Assembly: GCA_965263035.1 (NCBI GenBank)
Contig: OZ253580.1
Coordinates: forward strand, 3,424,001-3,488,000
Reading direction: 5' to 3'
Origin: Acidobacteriota bacterium
GTDB taxonomy: Bacteria > Acidobacteriota > UBA6911 > RPQK01 > JAJDTT01
Length of the DNA stretch: 64,000 nt
Each line of letters starts with the position of its first letter. Within the stretch, counting starts at the first letter, position 1. This document shows, piece by piece, positions 10,909-19,462 of the stretch. The translations under genes and the position numbers were made by a program. The notes under the pieces were generated by a model. It ran no database searches, was not told the origin of the DNA, and saw nothing but the letters and a program-made list of their open reading frames with translations.

Positions 10909-13373
10909 CTGCCCTTTACCCACATATTGCACAGGGCAAATTAGCCTGGGTCTGGTTTCATTCATGTTTCTTCTCGTAAAGCGAAGCCCAGACACATGCC
11001 GTAGAGCGTGACGTAACCCTGCCACAGCAGTTGATGCCCAGGTGGGGGGTCGTGTTTACGAGCCAGATATCCCCCCAGGCGGGCCAGCACGAGCACGGCC
11101 GCCCCCAGGTCTTCCGGCGGTGGGTATCGTCGCGACGCGGCAAACGCCCCCAGGACCCGGATTTCCAGATCGGAAAACAACAATTGCGCCGGCAGGTCCG
11201 GGTCCTCTCGCCCCAGCAGCGTCATCAGCATGATCCGCCAGGCAATGACGGCGTGCATGGCGATGGCCCGTTTCAGACGTTCGGCGGTTTGGTGCTGGAG
11301 CTGTTGTACCCGGCATCCGGTCTTGAGCACCCGGAAATAATCCTCCACCCGCCAGCGCAGCGCATACCATCTCAGCAGTTGCTGCGCCGTCTCGACATCG
11401 GTCACCGGCAGGGTGGTGAGCAGGAACCATTCCAGGCGCTTCCCCTGCGCCGGCGGCGCGACCTCCCGCGCGTGCACCACCGACAGTCTCAGCGAAGGGA
11501 TGCCGGTTGGGTTCCCGCGCGGCGCCGGAATCGTCAGGGTCTCGTAGCGCAGTTCCATCCGAGCCACTCGCGCCGGCCGCCGCGGGCGGGCCGCCTGCTT
11601 GCTGGCCTTGATCCGCGCACTCTGACGCTTCACCTTCAGCAGCATCCGGGCCCGCACCGGCGCCGATCGCAGGCGCCCGAACAGCTTCCGCTTCTGCTCC
11701 TGGTCCGGATCCCCGCTTTTCCCGGCCGCCTTCGCCCGGGTCTTCCGCTTCAGCACCCGATCCTGCTTCGCACGCACCAGCAACTCCACCTCCGGAGACG
11801 CTCGTTGCTCGGCGAACAGTGCGAAAAAATCCGCCTCCCGGTCCACCACGCTGACCACCCGCACCCCGTCGAGGGACCGCGACACCTCGGCGCAGTCCCG
11901 AAGTCCCTCGATCCAGCGATACGTCTTCTTCTTTTTCCGCGTGGCCACCGGTCCCGGCTTCGGCGCGTCCAGCTTCGCCCGCAACACCCCCAGCGGCAGC
12001 CCCGTCTCACTCACCACCAGCGTCGCGTGCAGATGCAGTCCCCGCGCCGTCGCTCCCGTCTGGTTGCGCCCGATCACCCCCAGTCCCTCACACCGACCGT
12101 GCCGCGTGAAGTTCAGATCGCTCCCGTCCTGGATACACAGCACCGTCCGCTGCCCCTGCATCCGCTGTCGGGTCCGCTCCCGGTGCGGGGCCAGGATGTT
12201 GGACACCGTCACCGCCGAGGCTTCCGGCTGGTCGATCAGCCGGTAGTATCCCTTGACCGCCGCAGAATTCCCCCGCGCCACTCCCGTGAACGCCCGCCCC
12301 GGCTCCTGCGTCTGACGGTGCGCACTCTCCACCAGTCGCCGACTCAAGCGCCGGTCTCCCAGCGGCGCCTCACCCAACTCCTGCTGAGCCCAGCCCGCTC
12401 CCTCCAGTCCCTCGCCCTCCGACATCGGTTCCACTCCCCGCCTCGGCGCCGGTCCCACCCCCAACCGCCGCCGCCAATCCCGGCACAACTCATACCCATA
12501 GATCGCCTTGCTCGTCTCCGCACCACGGTGCGCCCGATCTTGCCGGCCTCGACCCTGCGTCTTCCCCAGAACCCTCCAGTTCGTGGCGCGCAAACTGGCC
12601 CCATCGTGGCGAGCCGTCTCCACGAAGGTCTCCACCAGCCAGGGACGGTAGCCGTAGCGCGCCTGGAACTCCGGACCCAGCCGCCGCAACACCTCCCCCA
12701 GCACCCGGGAGGCCAGATTACGACACCTCACTGACGGACGGATCAGAAACCGGCTCAGCCCCACCACCCGGTGCAGGTGCGCCCGGCGTTGTTCCTCATC
12801 CCATCCGATCCAGCGGTCCCGGTCCCGCAACCGCAACGCCGCCGCCCCGAACCCCAAGCCCCCCAGCCAGCCGTGGGCCGAGCCCACCAGATAGCGTAGT
12901 TGAGCACCCACCAACGGCCCCGCGCCCCGTGGATGCTCTCGCGCCATCAACTCGTTCCAGAGCGCTCGTTGCGGACCCGTCTCCACCAGAATCAACTCCA
13001 ACTCCCGCACGCCATCCACCGTCTCGGGCACCCCGACCGGCTCCGGCACCGCACGGCCCAGTCCTCGGGGCCCGCAATGTTTCACCCGCCGTCGCGGCGT
13101 CGGCAGACGAATCCGTCCGCGCGCCTCCAACTCCCGGAGCGCCTTCAGGCAGCCGCTCCGTTGCGCCCGCCCTCGGGCATCGTGAAATCCAAACTCCGAG
13201 CAGACCCGGTCCGCCAGCGCCGTCCGGTGGGCGAACTTCTCCCGCCTCATCACGGCGTGCAAACGATCCAACTCTCGGCCCAAGGTGCGCTTGATCTGGT
13301 TCTGAACTACCATGTCGTAAAGACTACGACAGGCATTCTTGTTTGTCCAGCCCTATTTGTGGGTATAGGGCAG
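10909..13373 (-). mobile_element. Complete IS4-family (IS50/Tn5-like) insertion sequence, 2465 bp
   Basis: 19-bp IRs CTGCCCTTTACCCACATAT (10909-10927) and ATTTGTGGGTATAGGGCAG (13355-13373), 17/19 match; 8-bp TSD TGCTAGCC at 10901-10908 and 13374-13381. Confidence 0.95.
10962..13313 (-). CDS. IS4-family DDE transposase with N-terminal DUF4338 (DruA-like) domain
   Basis: WAQQELGEAPLGDRRLSRRL, IQDGSDL, VDREADF, YALRWRVEDYFRVLK (YREK), ARLGGYL; N-terminal RFLIRPSVRCRNLAS..ETFV..NW..G.T.G. Confidence 0.92.
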   Translation of the reverse strand: MVVQNQIKRTLGRELDRLHAVMRREKFAHRTALADRVCSEFGFHDARGRAQRSGCLKALRELEARGRIRLPTPRRRVKHCGPRGLGRAVPEPVGVPETVDGVRELELILVETGPQRALWNELMAREHPRGAGPLVGAQLRYLVGSAHGWLGGLGFGAAALRLRDRDRWIGWDEEQRRAHLHRVVGLSRFLIRPSVRCRNLASRVLGEVLRRLGPEFQARYGYRPWLVETFVETARHDGASLRATNWRVLGKTQGRGRQDRAHRGAETSKAIYGYELCRDWRRRLGVGPAPRRGVEPMSEGEGLEGAGWAQQELGEAPLGDRRLSRRLVESAHRQTQEPGRAFTGVARGNSAAVKGYYRLIDQPEASAVTVSNILAPHRERTRQRMQGQRTVLCIQDGSDLNFTRHGRCEGLGVIGRNQTGATARGLHLHATLVVSETGLPLGVLRAKLDAPKPGPVATRKKKKTYRWIEGLRDCAEVSRSLDGVRVVSVVDREADFFALFAEQRASPEVELLVRAKQDRVLKRKTRAKAAGKSGDPDQEQKRKLFGRLRSAPVRARMLLKVKRQSARIKASKQAARPRRPARVARMELRYETLTIPAPRGNPTGIPSLRLSVVHAREVAPPAQGKRLEWFLLTTLPVTDVETAQQLLRWYALRWRVEDYFRVLKTGCRVQQLQHQTAERLKRAIAMHAVIAWRIMLMTLLGREDPDLPAQLLFSDLEIRVLGAFAASRRYPPPEDLGAAVLVLARLGGYLARKHDPPPGHQLLWQGYVTLYGMCLGFALREET

Positions 13374-13971
13374 TGCTAGCCTGGCCCGCCGTTTTTTTGT
13401 CGGTGACCTTGGCTGTAGTTGGGATCGTGTCCAGAAAACCTGGTTTGATTGTCGTGGCGGCTGTCTTGGCGGCTCCGTTCAGCCTCTATCTCAGCGCTGG
13501 TTGGAATAATGGTATTTGGGTCTCAGTTGTCTTTGCGGCCTTTCCGCTTACATTTGTTGCCGCTGCTTACGCCGTCAAGCGACGTCGGCCATGGATTGCC
13601 TGGTGTCTGTTGGTTCCCTTCGTAGGTGTGGCCCTAAGACTGGCTATCCACGTGATCAGTCAGTGAAATCAATCTCACCTCTCTAACGGCGTCACGACAA
13701 GTAAGAGGTCCGAAGAGAAGGGGACAGTTGTCATTATCACGCCGCTCGATCCTGTTGGGCAAAAGGCTGATCCCAATCCTGCCCTGCCTGGACCGGACAG
13801 GTCACGTGCGAGTAAGAAGTCGGACACTTCACGTACTAACGACACTGGTACACTCGGACAGGAGTTCCCCCAAAAAATCAGGTCAAAACTCCGCAAGTGG
13901 TTGAAAGCACGAGAGTCAGAAGATTCGACAAGTGGAATCGGTCGAATTTTCCATGGATGGGAGAAGCCCTC

Positions 13972-14053
13972 GTGGGGCGACCCATGTGGTCGCCCTCCCC
14001 GGGCCGATCAGTAAGAGGCGACAGCGGGCACCCACAAGAAGGGGTGCCCCTAC
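13972..14053. repeat. REPIN-like inverted REP doublet (GTAG/GTGG-GGGC family), copy 1
   Basis: GTGGGGCGACCCATGTGGTCGCCC ... GGGCACCCACAAGAAGGGGTGCCCCTAC; highly similar to 43295-43382. Confidence 0.85.
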
Positions 14054-14131
14054 GTCGCGATCCTCGTTCAACCCTGCTTCCCCTGTTCTACTGAACTCCC
14101 AGAAAAATGGGGAAAGTCCTGACTGGGACTG

Positions 14132-14161
14132 TTGACATTGTCGGACGACATCCCTTAGACT
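14132..14161 (+). promoter_or_regulatory. Sigma70-type promoter of TonB receptor with palindrome in the spacer
   Basis: TTGACA (14132-37), 18 bp, TAGACT (14156-61); TGTCG-GA-CGACA inverted repeat at 14139-14150. Confidence 0.65.
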
Positions 14162-14330
14162 GCCAAAATCCCAGGGTTGGTCGAACTCTAAATACTCGGC
14201 GTGGTATATGTTTGCTCCCTTCTATTCGACCAATCTCGACGAGTCCGCCACAACAGTAGGGACACGGCGCAGTCGCGCCGGGTGGTTTCCCTCAGCTTCC
14301 TTACTTCCCACCGATTCGGAGGAAAAGATA

Positions 14331-17300
14331 ATGCGACGTAGTTCAATGGCTGTACTGGTCTTGGTCGTCTTGGTCGTCTTGGTTCTGGGGTCTGCCGGTG
14401 TTCTCCGGGCCCAGGGCGAAGGATCTGGGACCATCACCGGAACGGTGCGCGACAATAGCGGTGCCGTGGTTCCTGGTGCTGACCTGGCCGTTGCCAATGA
14501 GGCGACGGGCCTCAGACGAACCGGCATCTCCGGCGAACAGGGGGCTTTCACTTTCGCCGCCTTGCCGGTCGGCTTGTACAACCTCAGTGTGGAGATGCCC
14601 GGCTTCAAGAAAGCGGTCGTGGAAGGGATCCAACTCGAGGTGTACTCCGTGGTGGATCACACCCTGACTCTTCAGGTGGGTGAAGTCAGCGATACGGTGT
14701 TGGTCACGGCCGAGGCTACGGTGGTGGACCGAAGAACCGCCGAGCTGGGGACCGTGATCGGGAAAGAGTTGGTCGAGGAACTGCCGCTGAACGGCCGGGG
14801 TTTCTTGCAGCTCGCCGGGATTCAGGCTGGCGTGCAGGACGGTAATGCTGCTCCCGGCGTAGCGCAATGGGCTTACGGTCCTCGCCAGACCTCGGCGTCC
14901 ATTTCCGGAACGCGGGTGAGTTCCACGTCGTTCGTATTCGACGGGATTCCTTTCAAGGAGCATTTTTACGGTGCCCCGGGGGCCCTCGTTCAAGTCGATG
15001 CCATCGCGGAATTCAAGGTGCAGAAGGGCTTTTTCACGGGCCGCGGCGCAACCCCGGGCGTGATCAGCGTCGTCACTAAACAGGGAACGAACGCGGTCCA
15101 TGGGAGCGCCTGGTTTTTTCACCGCAACGACAACCTGGACGCCAGAAGCTTCTTTGATCGAGAGATCGGAGAGTTTCGGCAACACCAGTGGGGCTTCGAG
15201 GTCGGGGGCCCGGTACTGAAGGACAAGCTGTTCTGGTACACCTCTTTGGAGGGGTTGGATTCAAGCCGGTTCAACACGCAGTTCCTCACCGTACCGTCGA
15301 CCAGACATCTCCAGGGGGATTTTTCCTCGTTGTCGACTCCCATCATGGATCCGATGACGGGCGAGCCCTTTCCCAACAACCGGATTCCGTCCGATCGCAT
15401 TCACCCCTGGGCCCGGTTGTACATGGAGGATGGCCTGATTCCAGCGCCCAATCTTCCAGTAACCGCCAACAACTTCACCGGTGCCGCACCGACCAATCAG
15501 ACTGACAGGAAATGGATCTGGCGTGGAGACTGGCAGATCACAGAAAACGATAAAGTCTTTGCCCGGGTGATCCACTCCGACTCGCAACTGTACGCCAATA
15601 GAATCAACAAAGGGGCGAATGTCGAGTATCCGCTGGATGGAAGAAACGCCGTCGTCAACTGGACCCACATTTTTGCCAATAATCTGATTCTGGACGCGCG
15701 GGCAGGACTGAACCGCGCTGTGATGTCATTGGCGCAGAACCTGGAACGGGACACGGACCCGATCTGGTCCGAGAGGTACGGCATCAGGAACATCAACACG
15801 ACCAGGACCTGTAACTATGCGCCAAGTGCACGCATGGTCGGCTACTCGTCCTTTGGGGGCGCCGGCAACTGCATCGTCCCCGTCAACAACGACCTCTACT
15901 ACATGGCCGATATGAGCTATTCCCAGGGTCGGCACGAAATGACCTGGGGTATGACCCTTGTCGACCGGTTCACACAGCAGCTGGCGGCCTCCTGGACCCA
16001 GGGTTCATTCAGCTTTACGGGCATCATTTCCGGAAACGATGTGGCCGACTTCCTTTTGGGACATCCCGAGAATTCCACGGGCGCCGCGGCGGCCGGGGCG
16101 AATCGGGTGTCCTGGTGGTGGGACGCCTATTTCGAGGATCGCATCCGCGTGACGCCCAACTTCAGCCTGACCCTGGCCCTGCGTTACCAGGTGCATCCCT
16201 GGCTCGCTTTGGAGGTTGGACCGGAAGGCGGCAACTATCTGGATATCATGGACTTCACGCGTCCGCGCGGAGGCGTGATTTTCGGAGGGCCGGGAAGTCT
16301 GATCGACACCGACTTCAACGATTTCGCGCCACGGATCGGGTTCGCGTGGACGCCCACTGCCAACCAGAATTTCGTGCTCCGGGGCAGCTACGGTGTCTTC
16401 TATGACGAAACCCCGGGCAACGACTTGGCGTGGGACAGCTCCGGTCCGCAAAATGCATTCATTAACAATGCGATCAGCCGGGATCCGAGGAACCCCGTAG
16501 ACATCGGCACGCTGTTTAAGGATCCTCCCGTATTCGATCCGGACAACTTCAACGAAATTCTGGATATGAGCGATCCCATCGGATATGTCTCACTGATTAC
16601 GGATGAGAGACGGAGTCCGTATCTGCAGAACTGGACCTTGAGCATTCAGAACATGCTTCCGGGGCAGGTTCTGCTGGAGACGGCTTATGTCGGATCGACC
16701 GGCAGGAAACTGTCCCAGCGGCAGGAGCTCAATCGTCCGCTTCCCCAACTCGGCGCGCCCCCCTTCGAGCAGGAGCGGCGCCCCTGGCCCAATATCGGTT
16801 TCAATATCCAGGACGCCGGTGCGGGGATGTCCGATTACCATGCACTTCAAGTCACCGTCAGAAAATCCAGCTCCAAACTCAGCTTCCTCATGGGCTATAC
16901 CTGGGGGAAGACGACCGACTGGGATTCCTTTGGATCCGTGACGACGTACCGGCTTACGGACACCAACAACGCCCGAAGCGATTGGGATATGGGACACCGT
17001 TTGTCCTTCAGCTGGAACTACCTGCTTCCGAAGATGGAAAGCCAATCCGGCATTATTCGGAATATCCTGGGTGGTTGGCAGTTTGGTGGGATTACCACGA
17101 TAAACAGTGGACTGCCGATTACGGTTGGCATGTCCAGCGACAACTCCAACACGGGATCCACCTATAACGCACGTCAGCCGAACCGGTTGCGCAACGGCAC
17201 CAAGGGAACCCCCACGATCGAACAATGGTTCAATACGGCCGCTTTTGCAGAAAATCCTCTGAATACGTACGGAAACAGCGGCCGAAATATCATCGATCGA

Positions 17301-17522
17301 GATGGGATCATCAACCAGGATCTGGCCCTGATCAAGAACTGGAGTCTTCCCATGTTGCCGACCGAGGAAGGACAGTTGCAGCTCAGATTCGAGTTCTTCA
17401 ACACCTTCAACCACCCGAACTTCGGCGGCCCAAGCTCCAATATTCAGAGTGCCGCCTTCGGAAGGGTCAGTGGCGCGTTGTCCGGCCGGGTCATACAAGT
17501 CGCTCTGAAGGTATATTTCTAA
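14331..17522 (+). CDS. TonB-dependent receptor with carboxypeptidase regulatory-like N-terminal domain (Oar-like)
   Basis: GTITGTVRDNSGAVVPGA, LPLNGR, VDAIAEFKV, NDFAPRIGFAW, RFEFFNTFNHPNF, C-terminal Phe; GGAGG RBS before ATG14331. Confidence 0.93.
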   Translation: MRRSSMAVLVLVVLVVLVLGSAGVLRAQGEGSGTITGTVRDNSGAVVPGADLAVANEATGLRRTGISGEQGAFTFAALPVGLYNLSVEMPGFKKAVVEGIQLEVYSVVDHTLTLQVGEVSDTVLVTAEATVVDRRTAELGTVIGKELVEELPLNGRGFLQLAGIQAGVQDGNAAPGVAQWAYGPRQTSASISGTRVSSTSFVFDGIPFKEHFYGAPGALVQVDAIAEFKVQKGFFTGRGATPGVISVVTKQGTNAVHGSAWFFHRNDNLDARSFFDREIGEFRQHQWGFEVGGPVLKDKLFWYTSLEGLDSSRFNTQFLTVPSTRHLQGDFSSLSTPIMDPMTGEPFPNNRIPSDRIHPWARLYMEDGLIPAPNLPVTANNFTGAAPTNQTDRKWIWRGDWQITENDKVFARVIHSDSQLYANRINKGANVEYPLDGRNAVVNWTHIFANNLILDARAGLNRAVMSLAQNLERDTDPIWSERYGIRNINTTRTCNYAPSARMVGYSSFGGAGNCIVPVNNDLYYMADMSYSQGRHEMTWGMTLVDRFTQQLAASWTQGSFSFTGIISGNDVADFLLGHPENSTGAAAAGANRVSWWWDAYFEDRIRVTPNFSLTLALRYQVHPWLALEVGPEGGNYLDIMDFTRPRGGVIFGGPGSLIDTDFNDFAPRIGFAWTPTANQNFVLRGSYGVFYDETPGNDLAWDSSGPQNAFINNAISRDPRNPVDIGTLFKDPPVFDPDNFNEILDMSDPIGYVSLITDERRSPYLQNWTLSIQNMLPGQVLLETAYVGSTGRKLSQRQELNRPLPQLGAPPFEQERRPWPNIGFNIQDAGAGMSDYHALQVTVRKSSSKLSFLMGYTWGKTTDWDSFGSVTTYRLTDTNNARSDWDMGHRLSFSWNYLLPKMESQSGIIRNILGGWQFGGITTINSGLPITVGMSSDNSNTGSTYNARQPNRLRNGTKGTPTIEQWFNTAAFAENPLNTYGNSGRNIIDRDGIINQDLALIKNWSLPMLPTEEGQLQLRFEFFNTFNHPNFGGPSSNIQSAAFGRVSGALSGRVIQVALKVYF

Positions 17523-17541
17523 CCCAGCCGGCTATTGCGTA

Positions 17542-17678
17542 GGGAGGGGCGATTTCCAATCGCCCACTGGGAGGGGCGATTTCCAGTCGCCCCGTCCCTC
17601 CTCGCCCCATCGTTAATCCGGAGTGCGGCGGCTGGAAAGCCGCCGCTCCTCTTCGGCGGCTAGGAAGACGCCGTACCC
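17542..17678. repeat. Cluster of GGAG-type REP-like hairpins between convergent genes
   Basis: GGGAGGGGCGATTTCCAATCGCCC, GGGAGGGGCGATTTCCAGTCGCCCC, inverted CGGCGGCTGGAAAGCCGCCGCTCCT and a degenerate fourth copy. Confidence 0.8.
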
Positions 17679-18559
17679 CAATCCGCCAGATCGACTCCTG
17701 ATCGCCGCATGTAATCGCGGATGTATTCGAGGGTGTCCTCCTGCCCGTGGCCCGCGTCTCGAAACCGGGTGAGAATATCTTCCACGAGCAGACCGACCTC
17801 CAGCGGCACGCCGGTTTCCCTGCCCAATTCGACACCCAGGCGCATGTCCTTGACGGCCCCGTCAGTGACGAAGTGCAGCGGTTCGCCGCCGAGGGACAGC
17901 TTCATGCTCCTTTCCAGGAAGGTGCTGTGGCCCATGCTCGGCTTGATGACGTCGAGCAGAGTCCGCGGATCGAGGCCCGCCTTGACACCCATGGCCATCC
18001 CCTCGCAGGCGCCGATGAAGTTGATGTACATCATCAGGTTGTTCACCAGCTTGGTCACATTGCCGGAACCCGCCGGCCCCATGTGGACCACGGTCTTTCC
18101 GAAGCACTGGAGGAGGGTGCGATACCTTTCGAACGTCGCCTCTTCTCCGCCGACGAATACGGTCAGCGTGGCATCTTGCGCAGCCCAAATGCCCCCGCTG
18201 ATGGGTGCGTCCAGGACCTGAATGCCCCTGGATGCGCCGGTTTCCCCGATCCGGCGCATGAGCGCCGGCGCGTTGGTGCTGGTATCGATGCAGGCGCCTC
18301 CCGCGGCCAGACCGGCAAAGACGCCGTTCTCGCCCAGGACGACGGATTCCACTTGCAACGGACCGGGCAGCGACAGCAGCACCACGTCGGACCGGGCTGC
18401 CGTCTCCTCAGGGCTCGTTGCCCAAGTCGCGCCTGAATCCTCGAGGTTTCGGCCCTGCTCGCGACGGATGTCGTGGATGGTCAGTTCGTGTCCGGCCTTC
18501 TGCAGGTTGGCTGCCATGGGATTCCCCATGGCTCCCAGGCCGATGAATCCGACTCTCAT
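17660..18559 (-). CDS. NAD(P)-dependent oxidoreductase, 3-hydroxyisobutyrate dehydrogenase family
   Basis: GFIGLGAMGNPMA, DAPISGG, GSGNVTKLVNN, KD motif. Confidence 0.92.
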   Translation of the reverse strand: MRVGFIGLGAMGNPMAANLQKAGHELTIHDIRREQGRNLEDSGATWATSPEETAARSDVVLLSLPGPLQVESVVLGENGVFAGLAAGGACIDTSTNAPALMRRIGETGASRGIQVLDAPISGGIWAAQDATLTVFVGGEEATFERYRTLLQCFGKTVVHMGPAGSGNVTKLVNNLMMYINFIGACEGMAMGVKAGLDPRTLLDVIKPSMGHSTFLERSMKLSLGGEPLHFVTDGAVKDMRLGVELGRETGVPLEVGLLVEDILTRFRDAGHGQEDTLEYIRDYMRRSGVDLADWGTASS

Positions 18560-18629
18560 TTCGGCACCTCTCTACCGGTCCTGATTTTGTGAGGAACACG
18601 GTCGGCGTGAAGGACGGACCGGTGTGGAT

Positions 18630-19418
18630 TTATGGCGTGCTGCGCCGATCGCCGCCGTCCATGTAGATGGAGCTGCCGAACATGTAGGAGCACACGTCCG
18701 ACGCCAGAAAAGCGACGACGTCCGCAATCTCCTCCGGCTCGGCGATTCGGCCGGCAGGAAGTCCATTCCCGAGCTCCGTGAGGACTTCCTCCACGTCGCG
18801 GCCCTCTTTATCGGCCTTCGCCTGAAACAGATCACGCGCCCTCTGCGTGTTGGTGAAGCCGGGGCAGATGGTATTGACCAGGATACCGTCCCCTGAGACC
18901 GCGTCCGAGAGTGCACGGGTCATGTTGAGAATGGTGATGTTGGCCAGGCTGACCGGGATGTTGCCCTGGGCTGGACTCGCACCTGCGCTTCCGGCGATGT
19001 TGACGATACGCCCCCAGCCGTTCTGTCTCATCTGCGGGATCACGAGTTGGGACATGCGAAGATAGCCGTAGCTCTTCAGACCCAGCGCATCGTCGATCAC
19101 TTCGGTTGGAAGATGCAGGATATCGTGTGCTCGTGCCGCACCCGCGCAATTCACCAAAATATCGACACCCCCGAAATGTTCTACCGATTCTTCCACGACG
19201 CGGCGGCACGCCTCCAAGGTCGTCAGGTCGGCCGAAACGGCATATCCCTCGCCCCCCGCCTCGTTGATCTCCCCGACGGTCTGATCCAGCAGATTCCGGT
19301 CACGAGCCGTGACGCAGATCCGGGAACCCTCGCGGGCAAGCGCCAGGGCACAGCATCGTCCGATCCCCCGATTGCCGCCGGTGACGATAGCGCGTTTTCC
19401 TTTTAATCCGAGGTCCAT
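18630..19418 (-). CDS. SDR family oxidoreductase
   Basis: TGGNRGIG, DILVNCAG, GRIVNIAG, VNTICPG, MDGG; the canonical YxxxK is replaced (VSLAN). Confidence 0.9.
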   Translation of the reverse strand: MDLGLKGKRAIVTGGNRGIGRCCALALAREGSRICVTARDRNLLDQTVGEINEAGGEGYAVSADLTTLEACRRVVEESVEHFGGVDILVNCAGAARAHDILHLPTEVIDDALGLKSYGYLRMSQLVIPQMRQNGWGRIVNIAGSAGASPAQGNIPVSLANITILNMTRALSDAVSGDGILVNTICPGFTNTQRARDLFQAKADKEGRDVEEVLTELGNGLPAGRIAEPEEIADVVAFLASDVCSYMFGSSIYMDGGDRRSTP

Positions 19419-19462
19419 TGATGTTCCTTTTTTCGGGGTGTGTCGTATTGATAAACAGCGGA

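Larger units (their letters stand above)
10879..13666 (+). pseudogene. Small (~104 aa) membrane protein gene split by the IS4 element
   Basis: Removing 10909-13381 joins ATG10879 MLEWWPLLLA in frame to WPAVFLSVTLAVVGIV...HVISQ* (13382-13666). GGAGG lies upstream of the ATG. Confidence 0.85.

Noticed and set aside
11031-12734. Long antisense/alternate-frame ORFs (also 20456-22063, 22495-23886, 36124-37551, 48540-49862)
   Set aside because: Shadow ORFs of high-GC genes with no recognisable motifs.
12450-13313. Druantia defence system
   Set aside because: Only a DruA-like domain inside an IS; no DruE helicase or other dru genes.
13680-13870. Integron attC site or ncRNA after the interrupted gene
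   Set aside because: CTCTAAC is not RYYYAAC and there is no matching GTTRRRY stem. A small hairpin near 13805-13845 is not diagnostic.
17542-17678. CRISPR array
   Set aside because: Units are few, inverted and divergent, with irregular spacers and no cas genes; REP-like instead.
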